From Candidatus Parcubacteria bacterium (GTDB taxonomy: Bacteria; Patescibacteriota; Minisyncoccia; UBA6257; HR35), in NCBI GenBank assembly GCA_026004535.1, contig BPJI01000001.1:79915-143914 (forward strand): a stretch of 64,000 nucleotides of DNA, written 5' to 3'. Of this stretch, positions 10,086 to 18,845 are shown one piece after another. A program made the translations under genes and the position numbers. Numbering within the stretch: the stretch's first letter is position 1; the number at the start of each line of letters is the position of its first letter. The notes beneath the pieces are model-generated. The model saw only the letters and a program-made list of their open reading frames with translations, was not told the DNA's origin and searched no databases.

Positions 10086-10588
10086 TGGATGATTATTATC
10101 AAATTTTAGGCGTGCCAGAAAATGCTGACGAAGAAACAATTAAAAAGGCTTTTCGAGAACTAGCCAAAAAATATCATCCTGACAGAGGTGGTGATGCTGA
10201 AAAATTTAAGAAAATTATTGAAGCTTACAGGGTTTTATCAGACAAAAAATTAAGAGCTGAATATGATCAAAGAAGAAAATGGCAAACAACATTTACTTTT
10301 GATTTTGAGGATATTGGTGATTATTTAAGAAGACAATTTTTTGGTGAAGACTTGTTTGAAGACTTATTTAGAAGCATTTTTACTCATTTCCAAGAACCAA
10401 GAACATATAGTCAGCAAGAAATAGTTTTGGAAATTAATCCCTTAGAAGGCTTAAAAGAAAAAACAATTGAGATTCCTTTTTATGATGGTAAAAGGAAAAT
10501 TTCGCTTAAAATTAATTTTAAATTGCCCAAAAATTTACCTGATAAAATTAAAAAATTAGTCGATGAATTAAAGAAAGAAATTAAATAA
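10085..10588 (+). CDS. J-domain co-chaperone (DnaJ-like, J domain only)
   Basis: DYYQILGV...[17 protein letters not shown]...EAYRVLSD J domain with HPD motif. No zinc-finger or C-terminal domains. Confidence 0.7.
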   Translation: MDDYYQILGVPENADEETIKKAFRELAKKYHPDRGGDAEKFKKIIEAYRVLSDKKLRAEYDQRRKWQTTFTFDFEDIGDYLRRQFFGEDLFEDLFRSIFTHFQEPRTYSQQEIVLEINPLEGLKEKTIEIPFYDGKRKISLKINFKLPKNLPDKIKKLVDELKKEIK

Positions 10589-10848
10589 TGCCGAAAACAA
10601 GATCAGCAAAAAAAGCTTTAAGAAAAAGTCAAAAAAGATGGTTAATAAATGAACGCCGAAGAAGAAAAATTAAATTAGCAGTTAAAAATTTTCTTCAAGC
10701 AATCAAAGAAAAAAATAAAGAATTAGCACAAAAAAATCTAAGTTTAGTTTATAAAGAATTGGATAAAGCTGGCAAAACTTTTATGCATCAAAACAAAGTT
10801 GCCCGATTAAAATCAAAATATGCTTCAATGCTAAGCAAATTTAATTAG
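10588..10848 (+). CDS. rpsT: 30S ribosomal protein S20
   Basis: [29 protein letters not shown]...; basic 86-aa protein with the S20 N-terminal signature. Confidence 0.8.
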   Translation: MPKTRSAKKALRKSQKRWLINERRRRKIKLAVKNFLQAIKEKNKELAQKNLSLVYKELDKAGKTFMHQNKVARLKSKYASMLSKFN

Positions 10849-11337
10849 CCTCTCAGGTTTTCAGCTTCTTAGCTTCATAGCTTAAAAGATTATCATTTTC
10901 TAAGGGAAATTTTAATGAGATATGAATTCTTGAGATCTCCCCAAGCCTCTTAAATAATCAATTAAAACATCACTATCTATTAAAATTCTTCTGCCTCCAA
11001 TTTCTTCTAATTTTTCTAACATATGCTCAAGGAACTTTTATTACCAAAATCAGTCTTTAAAACACCAAATGCCTTTCTAATAAAGTAAGATTTATCTAAA
11101 ATTTTTCCTTTTTTAAGTAATTTAGTAACCATAAATTAATTATAACATAAATTAGCTTTCAGGTCTCATGATGATCAGCTTCTTAGCTTCTAAGCTTCTT
11201 AGTTTCTTAATTTGATTAATTTAAATAAAATATAAGATTTTACATACAAACAATATTCTAAATTTGCAGAATGTGAGAATGTTTGGTATTGCTGGAATTT
11301 TATTTTTAAATTTGGTGATTATTTTTATTTAATTTCC
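10849..11337. repeat. Noncoding region carrying 8-bp microsatellites (TAGCTTCT)n and a decayed vapBC-like (PIN toxin/antitoxin) remnant. This is the 3' flank of duplicated module copy 1.
   Basis: cagcttcttagcttcatagc at ~10861 and cagcttcttagcttctaagcttcttagtttc at ~11171. Minus-strand fragments read MLEKLEEIGGRRILIDSDVLIDYLRGLGRSQEFISH* (PIN N-terminus) and MVTKLLKKGKILDKSYFIRKAFGVLK... Related sequence recurs at 52010..52100. Confidence 0.6.
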
Positions 11338-11876
11338 GCGTAGGTCAGCGTGATAATATTAAATATTTGTGCTCTTAAGGCTTTATTTCTTGGTCTGATA
11401 AGGCACGATTATAGATTCGAACTTCATCGATGAAACCTTCATCCAAGTATCCAGGCGACCAGCATATCCTCCAATATAAAATTCCAATATATTTGAATGG
11501 AGTTTGCCTGCTTCCTGATTTTTAACTCTGCATTAAATAAATTTTCATTCCGCCGTATTTTTATCATATGTCCCACTAGTCAAATACCATTGATAACAGA
11601 TATACTACCAGATACACAATTTCGCTAGCTACATTAGTGGCATCATAGAATTAAATCTAAACGATTATCATCTCCAAGCAAACCGCAGTATGCCAACCTA
11701 TTTTGCAAATAAAATTGATGTCATACTTGAATCTGATTATACCAGACATAGTAAATGAGGAGTATTACGTTGAGCTACATCATTAAAGATGGGTTGATTG
11801 GATACTTACATAATCATCACTCCATCAAAACTTAAAGCTTTACCTACTTTACCATCAACACAAGTTGGTCCATTAA
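11338..11876 (-). pseudogene. Frameshifted remnant of a LamG (concanavalin-like) domain, formerly fused to the upstream pilin gene (copy 1)
   Basis: Minus-strand fragments include ...GFIDEVRIYNRALSDQEIKAL..., the canonical LamG C-terminal motif. No ORF of 60 aa or more remains. Homologous to 52741..52935. Confidence 0.55.
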
Positions 11877-12533
11877 CTAAGTTCCATTATTTCCATTTCC
11901 TGATAAATCTTTAGCTGTACAATCATCAAAACTCCAATAACCTACAAGTCCTTGAGCTTGGTCAATTAATCTTTTGTTTGTTCCTGCTGAAAATAGATGA
12001 GGGTAATTATCATTATCATTTTTTGAAGCTTGATTTCTAGAATCTTCTAATTGAGCATAGACAGCATAACTTCCTCCAGCAACAAACGCATAGTAATATG
12101 GAGGTCTATTGATTGGATCAATGAAAAGTCTAGAAAGATTAATGCTTGAAAATTGATTAAAAGGAATAGGAATCCAGCCAGTACCATCAATATTTGTTGG
12201 AGTTGCTGAGCATCTATATGACCAGCCTGAAGGAAGCTGTGGTAATTGACTTATCCATTGACCACAAGTTGATGAAGTATCAGGAAGAGAGATATAGACA
12301 ACATTTGAGGAAGCATATTGAAGTTCAGAAAAGGTGCCTTGAGTTTCAAAAAGAATAAGGTCAAATATTTTTTCAAGATTTTTAAGGTCTGAAGTTCTTT
12401 GACTATCTCTACCTCTTTTAAAGATATCTGCTGGCTTAATGACAACAATTAAGACAGTAGCTAAGATAGCTATTAGAGCTAAGACAACTAAGAGTTCAAC
12501 TAAAGTGAAGGATTTATTCATTTTTTTATTCAT
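11877..12533 (-). CDS. Type IV pilin-like protein (prepilin N-terminal cleavage/methylation domain) truncated at the start of its LamG domain; possibly still expressed as a pilin
   Basis: MNKKMNKSFTLVELLVVLALIAILATVLIV is a class III signal / prepilin motif (FTLVELLVV). The C-terminus ...LVGYWSFDDCTAKDLSGNGNNGT is the typical start of a LamG domain but is followed by a stop. A near-identical copy lies at 53412..53930. Confidence 0.55.
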   Translation of the reverse strand: MNKKMNKSFTLVELLVVLALIAILATVLIVVIKPADIFKRGRDSQRTSDLKNLEKIFDLILFETQGTFSELQYASSNVVYISLPDTSSTCGQWISQLPQLPSGWSYRCSATPTNIDGTGWIPIPFNQFSSINLSRLFIDPINRPPYYYAFVAGGSYAVYAQLEDSRNQASKNDNDNYPHLFSAGTNKRLIDQAQGLVGYWSFDDCTAKDLSGNGNNGT

Positions 12534-12579
12534 AATTCTAACTTCTGACTTCTAATTTTTATATTTTAATTATAACTCG

Positions 12580-13476
12580 TTAACTCTTTGATAATAAATA
12601 ATTTAATGAAATATCTTCGGGTATTTCTTTGATGTTAAGATAAAATTTTTTGAATTTCTTGTCTGTTTTAGCTAAGACTGAGATTAATAATTTTATTTCT
12701 TCTAAGGTTAGATTTTTTGATTTCTCTTTTAATTTTTGTAAATAGTAATCATTAGTTTTAATTTTGCCAATTTTTCCTTTTTTAATTAAATAAATTTTGA
12801 CCAAAGAATGAAAAAGAAGACTTAAAGCTCTTAAAGAATCAGCATTGTCTTTACTTTTATCTTCTAAAATAAATTTTTTAAAGTGGTGAATAAATAATGG
12901 CCAATTCCTTTCTAAGAAATAATCTTGAATCTTAAAAACATTAGTCTTAAAATGTAAAATTTGCTTTAAACTTTTTTGATCTCCTCCTAAAAGAGCTATT
13001 TTTTCTAAATCAGCTAATAATAAATCAATATTGTCTTGATAATTTTCTTTAAGCACTTTAATTATTTCTGGAGATAATTTTAAATTGTGTTCTTGAGCAT
13101 ATTGGGCAATGAAATTTTCTAAGCTTCTTTTGTCAGGCAATCTTAATTGAAAAACTTTAAATTTTAATTTATTTTTTCTTAATAAATCTAAAAATTCTGT
13201 TGGCTCATCAGGAAAAACAAAAATGAAATTTAAGTCAGAATTAGATTTAAGAAATTCAACTAAAATTTGGAGGTCATTTTTTTTAATCTTAGCTAAATTT
13301 TTGAGAACAATGTCATTTTTTTTGCCAAATAAAAATTGATTAGTAATTTTTTGTAATTCTAAAAAAAAATCATGAAAATTATTATTGTAAATTAATTGAC
13401 GAAAATTGGTACTTAATTCTTGAATTTTTCTTTCAATTAAGGATTGATTCTGACCAATAATGACATTGAGGCTCAT
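12580..13476 (-). CDS. DNA polymerase III delta subunit-like (HolA), tentative
   Basis: The ~300-aa size, its helical nature and its position near rpsT (the comEC-holA-rpsT synteny known from Firmicutes) support this. No sharp motif, so the call is low-moderate. Confidence 0.4.
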   Translation of the reverse strand: MSLNVIIGQNQSLIERKIQELSTNFRQLIYNNNFHDFFLELQKITNQFLFGKKNDIVLKNLAKIKKNDLQILVEFLKSNSDLNFIFVFPDEPTEFLDLLRKNKLKFKVFQLRLPDKRSLENFIAQYAQEHNLKLSPEIIKVLKENYQDNIDLLLADLEKIALLGGDQKSLKQILHFKTNVFKIQDYFLERNWPLFIHHFKKFILEDKSKDNADSLRALSLLFHSLVKIYLIKKGKIGKIKTNDYYLQKLKEKSKNLTLEEIKLLISVLAKTDKKFKKFYLNIKEIPEDISLNYLLSKS

Positions 13477-13479
13477 TAA

Positions 13480-13770
13480 TTATTTTATTGCTTCCTTTAG
13501 ATCCTTGGCTGGAGTAAAACGAGGAACTCTTTTACCCGGAACTTCAATTTTTTCTCCTGTTTTAGGATTAATAGCCGTTCTTGCTTTTCTTTCTCTAACT
13601 TTAAAAGTGCCCAAGCCAACGATTTTTACTTGGACTCCCTGTTTTAAATTATTAGTAATTTCTTGAACCAACCAGACTAAAACCTCATTTGCTTCTTTTT
13701 TTGTCATATTAAATTTATCGACCATTTTTTGAGCTAGATCTTTGACTTTAACAATGTTACCCTTTGCCAT
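13480..13770 (-). CDS. hup: Nucleoid protein HU/IHF family
   Basis: MTKKEANEVLVWLVQEITNNLKQGVQVKIVGLGTFKVRERKARTAINPKTGEKIEVPGKRVPRFTPAKDL is the HU fold with an arm motif. Confidence 0.85.
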   Translation of the reverse strand: MAKGNIVKVKDLAQKMVDKFNMTKKEANEVLVWLVQEITNNLKQGVQVKIVGLGTFKVRERKARTAINPKTGEKIEVPGKRVPRFTPAKDLKEAIK

Positions 13771-13841
13771 TTTAAAATAAAGTTTTAAAGACGACCTAAT
13801 TTTAATATCATTTTACAACAAAGATCCTAAAAATCCAAATA

Positions 13842-15350
13842 TCAACGAGCATATTCAACGGCTCTATTTTCCCTAATGACTACTACCTTGATTTCGCCCG
13901 GAAATTTGACCTCTTTTTCTATTTTTTTAGCTATTTCTTTAGCTAAATTATATATTTCCAAGTCACTTACGAGCTCGGCCTTGACAAAAACCCTTAATTC
14001 TCTACCTCCGGCAGTTGCAAAACATTTTTCCACACCCTCAAAAGAACTAGCTATTTTTTCTAATTGTTGTAATCTCTGAAGATAAATTTCAACAGTTTCC
14101 CTCCGAGCACCGGGACGAGCGCCGGATAGAATATCTGCAGCTAGAACTATGTAAGCATAAGGATTGGCAAAAGGATAAGTTTCATGATGAGATCTCATTC
14201 CTAAAATCACTTCCTCCTCAATGCCATATTTTTCCAAAATTCTAATACCTATTTCCAAATGACTTCCTTCAATATCGTGAGTAACCGCTTTACCAATATC
14301 ATGTAAGAAAGCTGCTTTTTTAGCAATATAAGGATCAAGTCCGAGTTCCTCGGCAATCATCTTGGCAATATAAGCCATCTCAATTGAATGCTGTAAAACA
14401 TTCTGCCCATAACTATATCTAAACTTCAATCTACCCATTAACAGAATAATCTCCTCAGGCAAATCAAAAAGACCAACTTCATAAGCAGCATTCCTGCCAG
14501 CTTCCTCAATCATTTTTTCGATTTCTTCTTTACTCTCGGCAACTTTTTCTTCAATTGTTACTGGGTTAATTCTCCCATCTTTCATTAGTTTTTCTAAAGC
14601 TAAACGAGCAATTTCTCTTTTGACTGGGTCAAAAGAAGATAAGACAACAACATCGGGCGTTTCATCAATAATAATTTCAACCCCCGTTAAGTTCTCAAAA
14701 TGCTTAATATTTCTCCCCTCCTTACCAATAATTCTTCCTTTCATCTCCTCGTTCGGTAAATTAACAACAGTTGTTGTGATCTCGTTTACAACTGAACGAG
14801 CATAACGAGGTAATGCCTCTAAAATTATTTTTTTAGCTTCTGCCTCAATTTTCTCCTTTTCCTGCTGTTTTAGCTTCATTAATCTCTCTATAATTTCTAC
14901 CTCATTCTCTTTTTCAATTTTCTGAAACAAAATTTTCAAAGCCTCTTCTTTAGTAAAACCACTGATTTTTTCTAGGCTTTTTTCTAAAAATTTTTCTTTT
15001 TCATTTAAAGCCTGAGTTCTTGCTTCTAGTTCTTTATTTTTTTCAATTAGATCTTTCTCTTTCTCAATCAAAGTCATTTCCTTTTCGTCTAAAATATTTT
15101 CTTTTTGACTAATTCTTTTTTCTTTTTCTAAAATATCTTCTAAAATTCTTTCTTTTTCTTTTTTAGCTTCTTCAATAATGATTAGAGATTTTTCTCTAGC
15201 TTCAGCCAAAATAGACTCGGCCTCTTTCCTTTTTAACTCAAGCTCTTCCTCAATTTCTTTTAGTTTGGCTCCCTCTTTTTTAATAATTAATATTTGTCTT
15301 AAAAAATAACCAATTAAAATACCAATTATAAAAACCAAAAAATTAATCAT
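13842..15350 (-). CDS. rny: Ribonuclease Y
   Basis: N-terminal TM, coiled coil, KH domain (GRIIGKEGRNIKHFENLTGVEIIID) and HD domain (HDIGK). Confidence 0.85.
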   Translation of the reverse strand: MINFLVFIIGILIGYFLRQILIIKKEGAKLKEIEEELELKRKEAESILAEAREKSLIIIEEAKKEKERILEDILEKEKRISQKENILDEKEMTLIEKEKDLIEKNKELEARTQALNEKEKFLEKSLEKISGFTKEEALKILFQKIEKENEVEIIERLMKLKQQEKEKIEAEAKKIILEALPRYARSVVNEITTTVVNLPNEEMKGRIIGKEGRNIKHFENLTGVEIIIDETPDVVVLSSFDPVKREIARLALEKLMKDGRINPVTIEEKVAESKEEIEKMIEEAGRNAAYEVGLFDLPEEIILLMGRLKFRYSYGQNVLQHSIEMAYIAKMIAEELGLDPYIAKKAAFLHDIGKAVTHDIEGSHLEIGIRILEKYGIEEEVILGMRSHHETYPFANPYAYIVLAADILSGARPGARRETVEIYLQRLQQLEKIASSFEGVEKCFATAGGRELRVFVKAELVSDLEIYNLAKEIAKKIEKEVKFPGEIKVVVIRENRAVEYAR

Positions 15351-15408
15351 TGGTTTAAAAATTTTACTGACGACTAAATCTTTTAATATAATAATTTTAA
15401 CCGAGGAA

Positions 15409-16971
15409 ATGCCAAAGAAAAAGATTGTTTTATTAATTTTAGACGGATGGGGAAAGGGTGAAGAAAATATTTCTAATCCTTTTCGTTTTGTTCAAACAAA
15501 AAATTTAGATTATTATCGAAAATTTTTTCCCTTTTGCCTTTTAAACGCTTCTGGTTATGCAGTTGGCTTAGCTTCTGACCAACCAGGTAATTGCGAAAAC
15601 GGACATCTAGTAATTGGCACAGGTATAATTTTTTATCAATTAAATGTCAAAATAAATTTAGCGATTGAATCAGGAGAATTTTTACAAAATCAAAAACTCC
15701 TTGATATTTTTCGTCATTGTCGAGCCTTCAATTCGCGTCTTCATTTAGCTGGACTTTTAAGCCAAAATAATAATTTAGCTGACTTCAATCATTTACTTGC
15801 GTTACTTAAATTAGCTAAACAAGAAAAATTTAACGATGTTTATTTGCATTTTTTTACTGACGGCATTGATTCCCCGCCAAAATCTGCTTTAGATTTAATT
15901 GAAAAATTAGAAAATATAATCCAAAGGGAAAATTTGCCTGGTAAGATTGCTACTTTATGCGGTCGATTTTATGCTCTGGATAGAACAAATGAATATTTTT
16001 TAAGAACTCAAAGGGCTTTTTTACTTATAATTGAGGGTAAAGGTAGTTTTGCTTCTGACCCCAAAGAAATATTAAAAGAAAAATATAAACAGCCAGACTT
16101 TAATGATAGCCTTTTAGAGCCAACTATTTTTGACCGAAACGGTTATCTTCAAGACAATGATGCTCTTTTGTTTTTTCAGCATGAAGGTAAAAGCATTTTC
16201 CAGTTGGCCAATTCATTCTTAAATCCCAATTTTCAGGAATTCAAAAGACCAACAAGAAAAAATTTGTATATTGCCTCTTTAACTCGCTATTTAGAAAATA
16301 TTGATTATCCTGTAATTTTTGAAGAACAAAAAATAATAACCAACTTAAGCCGCATCCTGGCTGAAAATAAATTAAAACAGATAAAAATTATTGATGAATC
16401 AAGAAAAGAATTGTTAAATTTTTATTTTAATGGTTTCATTGCCGAAGAGCATCCAGGAGAAGTTTTTAAAATTCTGCCTCCTTTTGATAGCGATTGGGAA
16501 AATCTTCAAAAACAAACAAGAGAGTTTTTTGATTATTTAAAAATAACAATCAAAGAAGGTGCCTTTGATTTTATTGTTGCCAGCTTGCCAACTTTTGATC
16601 TTATAGGTCATAAAGGTGATTTTAATTTAGCTCTTAAAGGTATCGAAGAAATGGATAAAATCTTGGGAGATTTTACTAATTTTTGTTTAGAGAATAATTA
16701 TACTTTAATTTTAACTTCTGATCATGGCAATATTGAAAAAATGATTGAGCCTAAATCCGGTCAAAAAGAAACATTACATAATTTAAGTCCGGTTTATTTC
16801 TTTTTAATTGACAAAGAATATCAAAAAGAAAAAACAAAGGAAGAAATATCTTTTTTTAATAAAAAAATTTTAGGCTCTTTGGTAGATATTGCACCGACAA
16901 TTCTAGACTTGATGAACATTAAGATTCCTAAAGAATTTAGTGGCAAAAGTCTTTTAAGATATTTATTATGA
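15409..16971 (+). CDS. gpmI: 2,3-bisphosphoglycerate-independent phosphoglycerate mutase
   Basis: N-terminus VLLILDGWG...NTPNLD-like and C-terminal TSDHGN metalloenzyme motif. Length 520 aa. Confidence 0.7.
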   Translation: MPKKKIVLLILDGWGKGEENISNPFRFVQTKNLDYYRKFFPFCLLNASGYAVGLASDQPGNCENGHLVIGTGIIFYQLNVKINLAIESGEFLQNQKLLDIFRHCRAFNSRLHLAGLLSQNNNLADFNHLLALLKLAKQEKFNDVYLHFFTDGIDSPPKSALDLIEKLENIIQRENLPGKIATLCGRFYALDRTNEYFLRTQRAFLLIIEGKGSFASDPKEILKEKYKQPDFNDSLLEPTIFDRNGYLQDNDALLFFQHEGKSIFQLANSFLNPNFQEFKRPTRKNLYIASLTRYLENIDYPVIFEEQKIITNLSRILAENKLKQIKIIDESRKELLNFYFNGFIAEEHPGEVFKILPPFDSDWENLQKQTREFFDYLKITIKEGAFDFIVASLPTFDLIGHKGDFNLALKGIEEMDKILGDFTNFCLENNYTLILTSDHGNIEKMIEPKSGQKETLHNLSPVYFFLIDKEYQKEKTKEEISFFNKKILGSLVDIAPTILDLMNIKIPKEFSGKSLLRYLL

Positions 16972-18221
16972 AAAACATAGAACTTAAAAATATCCCTGAA
17001 AGTCCTGGTGTTTATATTTTTAAAGATAAAAATAATAATGTTTTATATGTTGGTAAAGCAAAAAATCTGCGGAAAAGAATTAAGCAATATTTTAATTTTT
17101 CATCTTTAAAAATTAAAAAACTTTTAGAAGCAGCTCAAGATATTGAAACAATTGAAACAAAAAATGAAGTCGAAGCTATTTTTAAAGAAAGTGATCTAAT
17201 TAAAAAACTTAAACCACCATTTAATCAACTTTTAAGAGACGATAGTCGTTATTTTTATTTAATTTTTACTGACGAAACTCTACCAAGAATTTTCCTTACC
17301 CATCAAATAGAAAAATTTAAAGCTCAGGAGATTATTGGTCCTTTTTCTGAAGGCAGTAGTTTGAAAGAGATTTTAAAAATTATTAGAAAAGAAATTCCTT
17401 TTTGCACTTGTCAAGAAAAACATCTTCGTTTCTGCCTAAATGCTGAATTGGGACTTTGTTTTGGTTGGTGTTGTTTAAAAAATGCCGAATTTGACAAAAA
17501 AAAATTAAGAAATTATCAGCAAAATATTAATTTAATTAAAAAAATATTTGGAGGCAATTTAACTTCACTAAAAAAATCAGTCTTAAAACAAATTAAAATT
17601 CTTTTAAAAAGAAATGAATTAGAAAAAGCTAATAAATTAAAGCAGGCATTTTTAGCAATTGAAAAATTAGAAACCAATCAAGATTTAATTAAGGATGAGA
17701 GTTTATTTTTAGAGCATCAGCAAAGAAAAATTTTGTGGCAACTTAAGGAAATTTTAAATCTTAAAACTTTGCCCCATTTAATTGAAGCTATTGATATCTC
17801 CCATTTGGCTGGTAAAGAAAAAGTTGGTGTCATTGTTTCTTTTTTAGATGGTCTTTATCAACCACATTTACTTAAAAAATTTAAAATTAAAACAATTCTT
17901 AAGCCAGATGATCCGCGAATGATTTACGAAGTCCTTTTAAGAAGATTAAAACATAAAGAATGGGGTTTGCCTGATTTATTTTTGATTGATGGTGGTAAAA
18001 TTCAATTTAAAATGGCAAAGAAAGCTATTACTGAAAACAATTTAGAAATTAATATTATTGCTTTAGCTAAACCAAAAGAAGAACTTTATTTGGCTGAAAA
18101 TAAAAAAATTAACTTAAAAGATTATCCTTTAATTAGAAATTTTATTTTAGCACTTGATAAAAAAACTCATCAAATTGTGTTAAAATATCATCGAAGGGAA
18201 AGAGAGTCGTTGATTATCTAG
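16968..18221 (+). CDS. UvrC-like excinuclease (GIY-YIG nuclease domain), short form
   Basis: GIY-YIG motif GVYIFKDKNNNVLYVGKAKNLRKRIKQYF and a Cys-rich region (CTCQEKHLRFC...CFGWCC). At 417 aa it is much shorter than canonical UvrC (no HhH tail seen). Confidence 0.55.
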   Translation: MKNIELKNIPESPGVYIFKDKNNNVLYVGKAKNLRKRIKQYFNFSSLKIKKLLEAAQDIETIETKNEVEAIFKESDLIKKLKPPFNQLLRDDSRYFYLIFTDETLPRIFLTHQIEKFKAQEIIGPFSEGSSLKEILKIIRKEIPFCTCQEKHLRFCLNAELGLCFGWCCLKNAEFDKKKLRNYQQNINLIKKIFGGNLTSLKKSVLKQIKILLKRNELEKANKLKQAFLAIEKLETNQDLIKDESLFLEHQQRKILWQLKEILNLKTLPHLIEAIDISHLAGKEKVGVIVSFLDGLYQPHLLKKFKIKTILKPDDPRMIYEVLLRRLKHKEWGLPDLFLIDGGKIQFKMAKKAITENNLEINIIALAKPKEELYLAENKKINLKDYPLIRNFILALDKKTHQIVLKYHRRERESLII

Positions 18222-18638
18222 ATAAAACGCTGACAGCTACAGAAAATCACTTCGTGACGCTGACAGCTGCGGGAATGTTTTAACTACACGGACGGTCTAC
18301 CGGATATAGTTACCCGGATAGCTTGCCAGATAATGTTTACCCAGATGATTACTGGGATAGATTACCCGGATAGCCACCTGGATTATTTTACCCGGATGAG
18401 TACAGGATAAAAAATATTTTATAAATCATCCGGTTTATATCTGGTTAAGTATATGCGGTAAAAATCCGGGTAGAAGTTGTTATCCGGTTTATATCCGGGC
18501 AAATTCATCCAGTATGCATCCGGATAATTAATAATACGATTCACATCCGGGTAGTATTATCCGGTGATAATCCAGGTAGAAAATATTTTCTGCGGCTGTC
18601 CGCGGTAATAATACTGTCTGCTGTCCGCGGGAACAAGA
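18222..18638. repeat. GC-rich palindromic array: ~9 direct copies of (T)TACCCGGATAG at ~13-bp phase, an AT-rich centre, then ~11 copies of the reverse-complement box ATCCGG(G)TA. Flanked by GC-rich boxes (GCTGACAGC x2 on the left, GCTGTCCGCGG x2 on the right).
   Basis: Read directly. Left boxes at ~18297, 18311, 18325, 18338, 18352, 18363, 18376, 18389 and 18402. Right boxes at ~18428, 18439, 18464, 18482, 18493, 18507, 18518, 18544, 18559 and 18570. GC content is far above the surrounding sequence. Confidence 0.85.
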
Positions 18639-18845
18639 ATGTTAAGTATAATTCAAATTATTTTATCAATCTTAATAATCATTTTAGTCTTATTACAACA
18701 AAGAGGAATTGAAGGGGGAGCTTTGTTTGGTAGTCAAACACAGGTTTTCCTTAAAAGAAGAGGCTTGGAAAAAAATATTTATTATTTAACTTGGATTTTA
18801 ATCATTGCTTTTATTTTTGTTTCCTTATTAAAAATAATTAAATGA
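18639..18845 (+). CDS. secG: Preprotein translocase subunit SecG
   Basis: 68-aa two-TM protein with LLQQRG...GALFGS (the SecG LLQ.GKG...FG signature). Confidence 0.6.
   Translation: MLSIIQIILSILIIILVLLQQRGIEGGALFGSQTQVFLKRRGLEKNIYYLTWILIIAFIFVSLLKIIK

Noticed and set aside
12251-12448. 65-aa ORF inside pilin copy 1 (and its twin 53648..53845 in copy 2)
   Set aside because: Same-strand alternative frame within the pilin gene. It is duplicated only because the underlying DNA is duplicated.
13460-14805. Plus-strand ORFs 13460..13666, 13876..14079 and 14620..14805
   Set aside because: Antisense to hup and rny. No independent support.
18222-18638. Possible CRISPR array
   Set aside because: The repeat unit is only ~10-13 bp with 1-15-bp gaps. 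There are no spacers of constant length, no leader and no cas genes. The units also occur in both orientations.
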